Origin: Felis catus
Taxonomy: Eukaryota
Assembly (NCBI RefSeq): GCF_018350175.1
Contig: NC_058368.1
Span: 58,220,001-58,284,000, forward strand
Direction: 5' to 3'
Length of the DNA: 64,000 bases
Shown: piece by piece, positions 12,535 to 24,862 of the stretch
How the letters are laid out: every line of letters begins with the position of its first letter
How positions within the stretch are numbered: the first letter of the stretch is position 1
Position numbers and translations under genes: made by a program
Notes under the pieces: generated by a model
What the model was told of the DNA's origin: nothing
Databases searched by the model: none
What the model saw: the letters and a program-made list of their open reading frames with translations, nothing else

Positions 12535-13842
12535 AAAGATTGCTTTTTTAACTCCAGCAAGTCTGAAACACAAACATCAGTGACATGATTGAGAAAGAGT
12601 GGAACCCTGAGATTTGGGATGGGGGATTTGGTAACTCCTGGTGCCCTCTCTGGATTTGCACCAGTGTCTATTCCTTCCTATCAGAATTTAGAAACATCCT
12701 GTCCCTTAATGTTTAAAAGTAATGTAGAGGCCTTTACATTCAAGGCAGCACTCAACCTCCTTCAGAACTCCTTTATCCTTTCTGCTGTACAATAAATTAT
12801 ATCACAACATAATACTGTGTGGGAAGTATTTGGCCTACTAAAAGAGGAAGTAAGTATACTCCAAAGGTCCTGTCCTGCATGACTGAGGAAACATACAAAC
12901 TTGCAAAGAGCCAAGAGGATATATGATGGGGTTGGATATTAAGGACTCACACTCAAGGAGAACAGATGATAAATTTGACCAAGAGAGTCTATCTATATGG
13001 GAGTATTCTCCTTTGAATCATTATAAAAGCTGGCAAGATCCTGAGAGAAGTGCTAAACTACCAAGTGGCTTTTGGAAGATTGGAAAGGCCCACAAACTTA
13101 GGTATACACAAACTGAAGTATAAATATAACAATTTCCTTGGAAAAGATTGAAGGAAGTGATCATAAGGCTTGGAGAAATGGACATACTAGAGTGATATAC
13201 TATATTCAGAAAACCCATATGCTGACTGTATTCTGTGGATACATTTACCAAAACATCATGGGATGCACCAGTAGGAGGGTCACCATCATCTCTGAGAAGT
13301 TAAGTAATAGCTGTCTTTTATAGGTAAGGACTGATGGCAACAGGTGCTGTGGTACCGAGTACCCTTTTAGCATTAGAATTATATAACACAGTAATAGAAT
13401 TATAAAACACAGAAGACAGGTAGTATTTAAAAATCAAAATTAAGATGTCTGAAGTTATTGTAATGAGCAGCAAGTTTACCCTAGCATCTAAGAGGAGTCT
13501 GAACTACCAACACATGAAAATTACTTAATTTACACAATCAAAACAAAATCAACACTAGATGAGGAGGAGGCTCAAAGAAGCTACTCCAAGAAAAAGTGGT
13601 TTTATTGTCCAATTTCTAGATGAGGCCCAGTTCTCAGACCTGGATTCCATATACTGAGGGAGATCCTGGTTTTTCAAGAAGGTATTAATAATAATAGTTA
13701 ATATCAAAAGGTATTAAAAAGACTGAATAGATACATAAAATGAATTGTCCTCCAGACCTATTACTCTGTGCTTAGGGGAGCAACAGGGGTCATTTGAGAA
13801 GCAATAGAATCACTCATGAGATCTCTGACTGTATTACCAACT

Positions 13843-14160
13843 GTATCTTAGTTCATTTAGGTGGCTATAAAAAAAATTCCATGGACTGAATATCTTATTC
13901 ACAACAGAAATTTATTTCTCACAGTTCTAGAGGCTGAAGTTGTTGCCACATGCTTAGATGAGGACCATCTGCAGGGTGTCATACTTCCTATAGTATAGCA
14001 GAAGGGGCAAGGGAGCTCTCTTTAAGGGCATTGATCCATTCTTGAAGGTTCCTCCCTGTGACTAAATCACTCCCACAAAGCCCCACTTCCTAATACCATC
14101 ACGTTGGACATTAGGATTTCAACATAATTTTGGAGGGACAAAAACATTCAGTCAATAGCA
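13843..14160 (-). mobile_element. MLT1A-like solo MaLR LTR
   Basis: Minus strand starts tgctattgactgaatgtttttgtccc; plus strand contains aacagaaatttatttctcacagttctagaggctg and aaagccccacttcctaataccatc. Confidence 0.85.
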
Positions 14161-14955
14161 ATATGACTGTAGGTCAGCTGTATATGAGCAAGAAAGCCAT
14201 GTTGCTTTACTGATGAAAGTAATAAAATATCACAGAGAAACTTGTTAGAAGTTGCCAAAGAGATGGTAAAAAAGAAATCCCAAGGGAAACTGAACATGGC
14301 ATATTATTATACTGGGAACAAGCAAACTAAGCAAAAAGCTGAAGCTCTGTCATGGTCTCAGAAGAGCAGCTGTGGCACAAACCTTTTCGTAGTAAAAATT
14401 CTAAGTTTCTGTTTGAGATACAGTGTTCTGATAACTATGGATATTCAGAGACAGTCTGAATCCTAGGGATAAACCAGAGACAAAAGAAATTATGAAGAAT
14501 AAAACATCAACATTAGCCTTTACTTATCTATGAGAATTCATCAATCCTCCTATAAGGAAAGACTGGTAATTAGAAAGTATTACGCATTTATATGGTGAAG
14601 AAAAAGTTTTAGTGTGAACAGTCTGGGTTTGAAAACTGAGTCTCAGCAATAAAGGAAAATGAGATAGTAAGACTAATAATATAATATCATAATATAAATA
14701 TAATAACAAAAAATCCCCGTAGAGGGTAGTTTTAAATGATTATACAGTATCCAGTCATTCTTACCACTTTTCTAACCAAATTTTAGTTTGGGACCTTGGT
14801 ACCGTGGCCAATCAGGGGAATTTGCTCATTCCCACCTGGAGAGGATAGATAATTGATTTGGTTTTAGGAGATACTCTCATTTCCCTTGCTGAAAGTTTGG
14901 ACCAAGTTGTCCTGATGAGACTGCTGGATGTTCCAGAGTAAGAAAGTGCCTCCTA

Positions 14956-15124
14956 GGGGTGCCTGGGTGGCTCAACTAGTTAAGAGTCTGACTTGAGCTC
15001 AGGCCTTGATCTCATGGTTGATGAGTTTGAGCCCCACATTGGGCTCCCTGCAGTCAGGGCAGAGTCCACTTCAGATCCTGTCTCCCTCTCTCTCTGCCCC
15101 TCCCTTGCTTTCTCTCTTTCTCTA
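14956..15124 (+). mobile_element. CanSINE whose tail is a purine microsatellite
   Basis: SINE head and body; degenerate TSD agaaagtgcctccta / agaaactcccttcta brackets SINE plus repeat. Confidence 0.9.
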
Positions 15125-15125
15125 G

Positions 15126-15302
15126 AAAGGAAGGAAGGAAGGAAGGAAGGAAGGAAGGAAGGAAGGAAGGAAGGAAGGAAGGAAGGAAGGGAGGGAGGGA
15201 GGGAGGGAGGGAGGGAGGGAGGGAGGGAGGGAGGAAGGAAGGAAGGAAGGAAGGAAGGAAGGAAGGGGGAAGAAAGGAAGGGGAGAAGGAAAAGAAAAAA
15301 AG
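15126..15302 (+). repeat. (GGAA)n(GGGA)n(GGAA)n polypurine compound microsatellite
   Basis: About 175 nt of uninterrupted purines. Confidence 0.97.
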
Positions 15303-15431
15303 ATAGAAACTCCCTTCTACCACTTGTAGAGGTCTACAAGGAAATTTCTCTTTCCTCCTTTTCATTTTGTCAGGAGATTGATGCTGGGGTCAAGCTGCAC
15401 ATAGTTTCATCTCAAGCTAACATATATATAA

Positions 15432-15432
<1 letters not shown>

Positions 15433-15488
<56 letters not shown>

Positions 15489-15606
15489 CATTATATATAT
15501 ATAACATATATGTTATATATATAACATATATACCATATAAATGTTATATATATAACATATAACACACACACACATATATATAATATATGACATATATAAC
15601 ATATAT
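15433..15606. repeat. (TG)n followed by TA-rich low-complexity repeat
   Basis: Direct inspection. Confidence 0.92.
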
Positions 15607-16143
15607 TAAAAAAAAGGACAAAATACATTTATCTGTAAACAGAGCTGAGAGACTGGATTAAGCCAATTCTGCAATCTCAGGGTTTTCATGCTTGTGAAGA
15701 AATCATTTTTCTTGTTTAAGCCAATGTGAGGTTTGTTTTGTTTTGTTTTTCATTTTTGCTATTGCCAATAGCCAAAAATATCATGATGTAGCTTATGAAT
15801 ACCAAATGTGATAATGAAGGTAAAACAGTTATAATAGTGCCAGACACACAATTAGCACTCAGGAATGGAGAAAATGTTTCTGTGTGTCCATCTGTGTCCA
15901 GTTACTAAACATAGTACTTGCTTTTTCCTCAACTCTAATTAAATATTTTTATTAAACATTCAGGATTATTTAAATTCATGTTGTCTACATGTTTTTAGAT
16001 TTTTCTTGTTACTTTGTATTGTGTGTAGATCAATGTAATTCTAATGTAGTTCACAAGGTTATGAAGATCAAATGGAGATCAAGTATGGTAGTAAATTTGA
16101 AAGACTTTAACAGTAATTCGTACCTTTAATAATAAGCCCACAT

Positions 16144-16367
16144 GAGGCGCCTGGGTGGCTCAGTCGGTTGAGCCTCCGACTTTGGCTCAGGTCATGATCT
16201 CAGTTTGTGAGTTTGGGCCCCACATTGGGCTCTGTGCTGACAGCTCAGAGCCTGGAGCCTGCTTAGGATTCTGTATCTCCCTTTCCCTCTGCCCCTCCCC
16301 CCCCACACACTCTGTCTTTCTCTGCCTCTCAAAAATAAAGAAAACTAATAAAAAAAGTTAAAAACAA
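16144..16367 (+). mobile_element. CanSINE
   Basis: Full element; TSD aataagcc(c/t)aca. Confidence 0.95.
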
Positions 16368-17169
16368 AATAAGCCTACAAGATTTTGAACATTATATAAA
16401 TCAATGGATTTCCTCTTTTTACAAAACTTATTTATAACTTTATTTTTTATTTTAAAGCTACTATTTTGATGGGCATTTTCATGGTTTTGATTTTTAATTT
16501 ATTTATTTATAATTAGGAAAACCATCTTTAGTAATACAATTATTTTTGCTGTTGGAAATTTGAGAATTGCTCTGTGGCTGGGTAAAAGGTATCTTTTCAT
16601 AACGGTTACATTAGTTTTTGAAAAGAATGTTTGCTAACTTTGACCAAAATGTATTACACATATTCATTAAATAAATATAGGACAATATATTAATTAATTT
16701 TTGATAATTTATTCATTACTGAGAATGGTATAGTTCTAATATGAATTTGTCAACATCTATCTTTAGTTATGTTATGTTTTTTCCTTTAATTTCTGGGACT
16801 ATGTAGTTATGTGATACAAGTTTGTAATAGTTCTAGCCTACTAATGAGTAACTCATTTTGTCTTCGTGTGGTAACTAACATTTCCCCTAGTACTCCTTTT
16901 TAAAAGGATCTATTGGTTTAATATTAATTCAACTACATCTGTTTTTTAATAAAATTCTACTTAATACCAGTTTTTCCATCTTTTAAACTTTTATCATTTC
17001 TATTCTTTATTTTTCGGTATGCCACTGGGAATAGTTTACAGATAGTTTTGTTGTTGTTTGGTCTATTTTGCAGTCTTTATAATATAACTGGCAATTTTAA
17101 TGTATTTATACATACTGAGACCACTAATGTAGTTGCATTTATTTCTGCGGTAATATTTTATACTTTTAA

Positions 17170-17354
17170 AAAATATTTATTTATTTTAAGAGAGAGAGAA
17201 GGAGAGTATGAGCAGGGAGCGGGAGAGGGAGAGAAGCAGGCTCCACACTGTCAGCACAGATTCTGACATGGGGTTCAATCCCATGAACCTTGATCATGAC
17301 CTGAGCTGAAATCAACAGTTGGACACTAAACCAACTGATTCACCCAAGTGCCCC
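17170..17354 (-). mobile_element. CanSINE
   Basis: TSD tatacttttaa at 17159-17169 and 17355-17365. Confidence 0.93.
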
Positions 17355-18616
17355 TATACTTTTAATCTTCCTCCATCTGACTTCTGAGTTGTATATACTT
17401 TTTATGTTTTTGGTGTTTAACATTTAATTTTTAATATTGATAACTGAAAAACTAAAAAATGAATCACTATCTGGCACTAAAAGTACAAAGTTGCTAAAAC
17501 TTTACAGTTGGGTAATATTTACCTGTCTGAAATGTTACTTATTTGTATTTACTTGCACCTTGATTTATATCTACAAAATTAGATGGTGTATATAGTTCAG
17601 TGGTTTCTATTACATTAGCATAGTTGGATATCCATCACCAATATTGAATTTTAGAACACTTTCATCATTCCAAAAAGAAGCCTGTACCCGTTAGTAGCAA
17701 CTCTCAATTCCTCTCTATATGAAAACCTTGGCAATCATTAGTGTACTCACTATCTTTATGGATTTGCTTAATCTGGAAATTTAATATAAATAGGATCATA
17801 TGATATGTATTTTGATGACTGGATTCTTTCACTTACCATAACATTTTCAAGAATCCTATGAATTCTTGAAGTTCATTAGCACCTCATTTCTCTTTTAATT
17901 GATGAATATTATCCCATTTGTATGGACATACCACATTTTATTTATCCATTTACCAGTTGATGGACATTTGGTTTTTGCCACTTTGGGAATATTATAAATA
18001 ATGCCACTGTAAATATTTATGTACAAGCTTTTGTGTTAATATATATTTTCAGGTATCTCAGGTATATCCTTTTTAGTAGAATTGTTGGGTCATATGGTAG
18101 CATATTTAACTTTTTAGTGAATCACTGAACTGTTTTCTAAAGGACTGCATTATTTTACATTTCCACCAGTAGCATACAAGTATTCAAATCCCTTGAGCAT
18201 TTAATTCTTTTTCTTTTTATTGTTGAGATGTAGGAGTTCTTTACATATTCTGAATATAAGTACCTTATCAGAGATAGGTCTTAAAATATTTTCTCCCATT
18301 CTGTAGTTTGTCCTTTCATTTTTTCTTGATGTGATCTTTAAAACACAAAATATTTTAAGTTTGAGGACTTTAATTGATCTATTTTATATACATTCTCACT
18401 TGTGCTTTTGGTGTTATATTTTTAAAAAATCATATAGCATAAGATCACAAAGATTCATTTCCATATTTTCTTTGAGGAGTTTTAAAATTTAGCTCTTACA
18501 TTAAGGCCTATGTTCCATTTTACAATAATTTTAGTATATGTCATAAGGCAAGAACTAAATTTCATTCTTTTGCATGTAGATATCAAATTGGTCAAAGATA
18601 TTTGTTAAAAGGACTA

Positions 18617-18767
18617 TTGAACAATGCAGGAGTTAGGGACATTGATCCCTACCCCCTGTGCAAAAACCTGCCTATAACTTTTAACTTTCCCAAAATTTAG
18701 TTATTGCGCTATTTTTGCATGTGGGTGGACCCACACAGTTCAAACTGGGTTTTTCACATGTCAACTG
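18617..18767. mobile_element. Tigger2/MER8-like Tc-mariner MITE inserted in the L1
   Basis: Left end ttgaacaatgcaggagttaggg; right end gtggacccacacagttcaaact...gtcaactg resembles the Tigger2 TIR; L1 sequence resumes on both sides. Confidence 0.7.
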
Positions 18768-19476
18768 CACTTTCCCCAATGAGTTATGGTGCCATCCTTG
18801 ATGAAATCAATTTACTATAAATGTGATGGTTTTTGGATTATCCATTCTATTCCATTGATTTATATGTCAGTTTGTATGCCAGTACTACACACTTCCTAAT
18901 TTCTGTAGCTTTGTAAAATATTTTAAAGTCACAAAGTACAGGACCTCCATCTTTGTTTTTTTCATTAAGATTCTTTTTATTAAGATTATCTATTTTAGGT
19001 CCCCTATATTTACATACAGATTTTAGAATCAGCTTGACAATTTCTGCAAAATATGCTGCTGAGTTTTTGATAGTTATATTGGTTCTATAAATTCATTTAA
19101 GACATTACAGTCTTAGCAATATTAAGTCTTTAAATCTGTGAACATGGCTCTTTCTTCATTTATTTAGGTCTGTAATTTCTTACAGCAATGATTTGGAGTT
19201 TTCAGTGCAGAAATCAAATACACCTTTTGTCAAATGTATTCTTTTGTTAAATTTATTCTTAGTATTTTAATATGTTTACTGCTATTACAAATGGAAATGT
19301 TTTATTAATTTTATTTTCAAAATGTTCACTGCCAATATATAGAAAAAGAATTGATATTTATATTTTGATTTTGTGACTAACCTTGGCAAACTTGTTTCCT
19401 AATTATAAAAGTTTTCCTGTGGATTCCTTAGAATTTTCTATATACATGATTATATCACCTGAAAATAGAGATAGAT

Positions 19477-19712
19477 GGGGTGCCTGGATGGTTCAGTCAG
19501 TTAAGTGTCCGACATCAGCTTACGTCATGGTCTCGTGGTTTGTGGTTCAAGCCCCCCATCGGGCTCTCTGCTGACAGCTCAAAGCCTGGAGCCTGCTTCA
19601 GAATCTGTCTCCCTCTTTCTTTGCCCCTCCCCCACTTGTGCATGTGCGCACTCTTCTCTCTTTCTCTCTCTCTCTCTCAAAAGTAAATAAACATTAAAAA
19701 AAAAAAAAGAAA
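19477..19712 (+). mobile_element. CanSINE inserted in the L1
   Basis: TSD aatagaga(t/c)agatg. Confidence 0.95.
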
Positions 19713-22700
19713 GCGAATAGAGACAGATGTACTTCTTCCTTTCTGTTTTAGATGGAAATAAATTTTTCTTTCCTTTATTTTGCCTAATTGCTCTGACTAG
19801 TACCTTCAGTACAATGTTGAAAGGAAAGAGTAGACATCTTTGGCTTATTCCTGGTGTTAGTGGGAGAGCCTTTAGTATGTCACCATTAAGTATGACATGA
19901 ACTGTTAATTTTGAGTAGATATCCTTTATCTACTCAGGTTGATGGAAGCCCCTTACATTTCAAGTTTCTTGAATTTATTTTTCATTAAATTTTTTTGATA
20001 TTGTCAAACGTTTTTTTCCTGTATGCATTGAGATGATCTTATAGTTACCTTTAATATATTTATAAGGCATATTACATTGATTTTCATGTGTTAAATTAAT
20101 CTTGCAATCTTGATATAGATAAAATTTGGCCATGGTATATATAAACAATCTACTTTTAAGTGGTATTTTTTCAGCTTTCTTGTAATGTCTTTGGCTTTGG
20201 TATTGGGGTAATGTTGGCCTCATAGGCTGCATAAGGAAATATTCTCTTTTGTTCCATTTTTTTTGGAAAATTTTGTGAAGGACTGACAGTATTTTATTTT
20301 AAAATGTCCCGTAGAATTTACCAAAGAATCAATATAACCCTGGGATTGTCTTTTGAGAAGTTTAAAAATTATGAATTTAATCTCTACTAGTTATGTCTAT
20401 CCAATTTTTTTCTTTTTGAGACCAATTCAGAAGTGTTTGTCTTTCTCAGAATGTCTTTATTAAATCTAAATTATCTCATTTGGTGTCATAAAATTATTCT
20501 TTTCCATTTTAAAATTGAATTAGACCACTCTGGAAATCAGATTTCCTTCAAGTCTTGTGGTTTGTTATTGTTTCTGTTGTTATGGTTGTTACTGCTGCTA
20601 CTGTTCTTTGCTTGTTTACTGACTTTGCAAGATTAATTCAGTAAGGTTCATATTCTTTTTTATGTGTAGTTAGTACAGTCTCTCTGAAGTTGGTTAGTCT
20701 GAGATTCCCTTGAATGCTTTCAATTAATAAGTCTCCCACCTTTGCCAAGAGGCTCTGGGTATTGAGGCACACTTTAGTGCTCTGGAATTTTCCATGTCTG
20801 CCTTACCCTTTTTCCTTCTGCTTGTACAACACCTCCAAGTCTGTCAGAAATGAGAAGTAGTGCCTTCTCAGGTTTTTCCAGATATGCACACAACCAAGCA
20901 CATGCACATGGCTTTCTGTATTACCAGAAATTTGTCAGAGCTTTCAAAGCTCCATGTGGGCATATCATTCTCCAGATTTTCTTTTCTTTTTTACCTCTCT
21001 GTTTATTTGATTTTGGCTAGTCTCTTGAGCACTACAACTGGTAATACTGCTTCAGACAGCTGCAGTGTTTATTGATAGCTGCTGATTGTTTCATAAAAAT
21101 TCTCTCATATAGGGGTTTTTTTCCCACTAAATAGATTTTAAGTCAGGTTTAGTAAAGAACAAGTTCTGTTAATTGGCTTATTCCAGGGAATTTTTAAGGA
21201 AATAGAGAAAATATTATGTGGATCATTAGGGGAAAGTTCTAAACCCCTTTTGGCTTCTCCAGAGACCTAGGTTGCTGATTTTTAAGGATACCATGGAGCT
21301 CCTGGTGAAAGTAGGATGGAGAGAGAGCAAGTTAAAATATCACAAGTCTTGTTGTAATTATTGAAGATTACTAAGATTGCCGTTATTATTCAGGTTCAAG
21401 CATTTTCTTGAATGAATGTTACTCAGATTGTTGTAAGCATTTGATTGACAGTATTCTGGAAGAATTGGTTTTGACGTTATTGGTTCTTAATGCTTTCGTG
21501 AAGGATACCATTTTTGTAGGTCCTTCCTCTGACAATCCAGAAATATACCCCTTTCTTGAATCTTCTATATTTATAACAAGAAATATGTTATCTATTACTT
21601 AGTAGTTATCAATAAATAAATTATAAATGTGCTGATTTAGAAAAAACGTTTCACAATGACCATTTAGGCATTTTATAGATGCTATTAGCCTAAACACTCA
21701 TATTATATTACTACAATGAAGATTACCCAAATTAATATATATTGCAACTACGTGCTATAAAGGAACAGGAAGCTCTAGCAAACTTGTTATTGTCTACTTG
21801 TCATTGGAATATATCAATTTCCAGGATTGGCCAAGAAAGAAGATTTAAATGGAAGTGAAGGAAACATATTAAACTTGAAAACTATTCTTATATATTGCAT
21901 TTGGTCCATATTTTCCCCCAGTGACATGCAGACAGAGCTTGAATGATCAATAATCTAATTAAACACATGCTTAGGTCATCATAATGAAATATAAAACAAT
22001 AGATTATTAATCATGATGAGAACTGATAGGGGTTTTTTTTTTGCTATTTCATATACTTATTTTATTATTATTATTTTCTACTACAGATAGGAAGTTGGTA
22101 GAGTAATACAACTTTTTTTTTATTTTGTAAGACTTTAAATATTTTCTAGGCCTGCTCAGATATTGAGCATATCTTGGCATTTGTTTAGAATTTACAACTT
22201 ATTCCTAAAATAATGAGAAAGATTTGATCCTGAATTCATGAGCAGTTTTCTATACTATCAACATAACCAGAAATACTCTGCTTTCAGATACATATAAAAC
22301 TAATTTTTATCAGTGGATTTTTCAATTTTAAAAATAAAAATATGTAAAATGTACATATAAAAAAATAACATTGTGCATCTTTGCTCACCTAAAAGTAGAG
22401 CTATTATTGATAAATATATACGTAAATAAAGTTAAAACCAAAAGGAAAGGAAAAAGGAACAATGTATTTCAGAAAATAACCCATAATATAATTCTATCTT
22501 TGAAAGAAAGTTGCATTTATGGTAGAAAATGACTACATTAGTAGGTGCTCTGAAACTATAGTTCAAAGCAAATGTTTCTGTTACGTGAATAAAGGTTTAG
22601 AAGCAATATTAAATTTTCTAAAAAAATGCTATTTTATTTTATGGCTCTATAAGATTACCTAAAGCATGAATATACACAAAATGTGTTTACAAACATAGGC

Positions 22701-24194
22701 TTCCTTTAAAACAATGAATACTCATGAAACATTTTAAACATTTTGAAAATTACCCCAGTGGGTCTTATTTTAATAGCAAAGAAGAATTAGCAGTTTGTTA
22801 TTTCATTAATAGTGTGTTACTTTATTGATGTTTTAAAATAATAATTCATATATTGCATTTCAAAAATAGAAATGTGCTAATAAAAAGCAAATATATATGA
22901 ATTTTTGAAAATGAGCTAAAAGTAATACTTATGAGTAGCTACCCCCTTCTCTTGTCCACATGAAAATGTTTTTTGATTGATCTTAGATTTATTTTTTCTT
23001 TCTTCTTATGGGTATATAGGTCTGCATATATAAATTGTATTGATTAAATTGTTATTGAAAACAAAATTTCAAATTCTGTGATACACAAAACTGAGTATTG
23101 AATAAATCAGGGTAAAATTAAATTTGCATAAATTCAAGCATATAATTACTGTTTCAACCACCATAAATCAGTTAATTGAAAACAAAATTTTAGTCAAATA
23201 TGCACATTTTTTTTCCTGTCTTTATATGACAGAAACCATCTGGGCTATTGGCAGAGTATAGTTAATGGTTTACGTTTTCAGTTTCCATTCAGATTTTGGC
23301 AATAGTAAATGCATAGCCTTTGTGTACTTAGCAGATTATAGTTTTTAAAAATAGTGTTACCCTTGTTATACTTTGCTGAACAAATTGACTCACCTTTTGT
23401 TCACTTACCTAGTATTTCAGGGTTTATCAAATTATATAAATATCATTTTTGAAAAGCTATATACAAGATAAACTTAAGTTTATATCCTGCGTAGCACATT
23501 ATTTTACATTTGTCAGTTCCTACCAGTAGAGACCAACACTCTGAAGTTGTAGTTTTATTGCAAATTCTTTATTCTCAATTAATTTTCAGCATGACAAACT
23601 GAGACATAGCTAGTCAGATCCCACTGGGCTCATTATTCATTTTGTTCAGCAGCCCTGCAGGGCTGATTTGAACATAAAGATCACACTGGCTTTAAATAGA
23701 ATTCCACAGAAGGCTAGATGAAGTGAAAGGAAATAAAGATCCATGCACATTCTATGCATGGTGCTCAAAGGAGAAGAATTTTTTATTGTATTAAATTATT
23801 GTTTTTATTGCAATATCTTAAATAGAAATATATATTTCCTAGGCTTAAATTTAACAGGTGAATTTCTAAAGTTGCAATTGCCCCAATTTTATCTAGTTTA
23901 ACATCTCATTTGGGGGGGGGGAATTTATACAAATAGTTTTAAAAAAAACCTTTAGTAGATGTTCTTTAAAGATTAACTATTATGACATAATTTTAGAATA
24001 TGAGAAGAGGCTTTAAAAAATAAACTTATCCAATCCCTACCTTTAGAAGAGAATTTATATACCCATTTTTTAAATAACTTACTTGTTAATGGAAATTTTT
24101 TCACAAGATATTTCTTCTCTCTAAACTTTTAATTATCAGAATCAATGCAATAATAACACAACATTTCTTAATCAAAATTACCACCAATAGTTCT

Positions 24195-24420
24195 TTTTTT
24201 TAAATATTTTTTTGCATTTATTTATTTTTGAGAAACAGAGTGAGACAAAGCGTGAGCAGGGGAGGGGCAGAGAGAGACAGAGACACAGAATCTGAAACAG
24301 GCTCCAGTCTCTGAGCAAGCAGTCAGCACAGAGCCTGATGCTGGGCTCAAACCCACAAAGTGTGAGATCATGACCTGAGCCGAAGACGGAGGCTCAACTG
24401 ACTGAGCCACCAGGTGCCCC
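24195..24420 (-). mobile_element. CanSINE
   Basis: Full element; TSD core caccaata(g/c)ttc. Confidence 0.95.
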
Positions 24421-24549
24421 ATCACCAATACTTCAAAAACAAATACCATTTTTAATACTAAGAAATCCCATGTTTACATTGGTTAATTTGCACTGTATGT
24501 GAAAAATAGGTAAAATCACCTATTTATAGAAGATAATTTGACCTATATT

Positions 24550-24862
24550 TATTTATTTTATTTTGTTTTGTTTTTTATTTGATTATAGTTGACACACAAT
24601 GTTATGTTAGTTTCATAAAACAAAATGACTCAACAAGTTTATATGTTATTCTGTGCTCATCACAACTTTAGCTATCATCAGATATTATACAACTCTATTA
24701 CAATAACATTGGCTGTAACCACTATGCTGTGACTTTAATTACCATGACTTATTCATTCTATAACTGTACCTCCCACTCCCTTTCACCCATTATGCCCATC
24801 CCCTCACCCAGTCTCCTCTGGCAACCATCAGTTTGTTCTCAGAATTTATGTCAGATTCTGCT
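24550..24862 (-). mobile_element. L1 3' UTR fragment (carnivore L1 / L1MA-like)
   Basis: tatagttgacacacaatgttatgttagtttca...ctctggcaaccatcagtttgttctc. Confidence 0.8.

Larger units (their letters stand above)
11750..14470 (+). mobile_element. Decayed ERVL internal region (gag and pol remnants)
   Basis: About 12950-13210 resembles ERVL gag (aaggcttggagaaatggacatactagagtgatatac, similar to RLREIGMLEWI); about 14400-14460 resembles pol FEKQLLACYWAL. Many stops and frameshifts; interrupted by two SINEs and an MLT1A LTR. Confidence 0.6.
17540..21560 (-). mobile_element. Decayed old L1 (L1MB/L1M-like): 3' UTR, partial ORF2 and upstream region
   Basis: Antisense L1 motifs: tagaacactttcatcattccaaaaagaa, tggacataccacattttatttatccatt, gtaccttcagtacaatgttgaaagg. 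No intact ORF. Further L1-like T-rich DNA at 16.4-17.5 kb. Confidence 0.85.

Noticed and set aside
14993..15562. Longest ORF in the track (189 aa)
   Set aside because: Reads through a SINE and (GGAA)n, (TG)n and (TA)n repeats; low-complexity artefact with a non-ATG start.
22087..22097. 11-nt microexon (ctacAG|ATAGGAAGTTG|GTAGAG)
   Set aside because: Weak donor, frame-shifting length and no other support.
23404..23456. Minus-strand donor AG|GTAAGT
   Set aside because: No convincing acceptor or coding signal; expected by chance in 64 kb.
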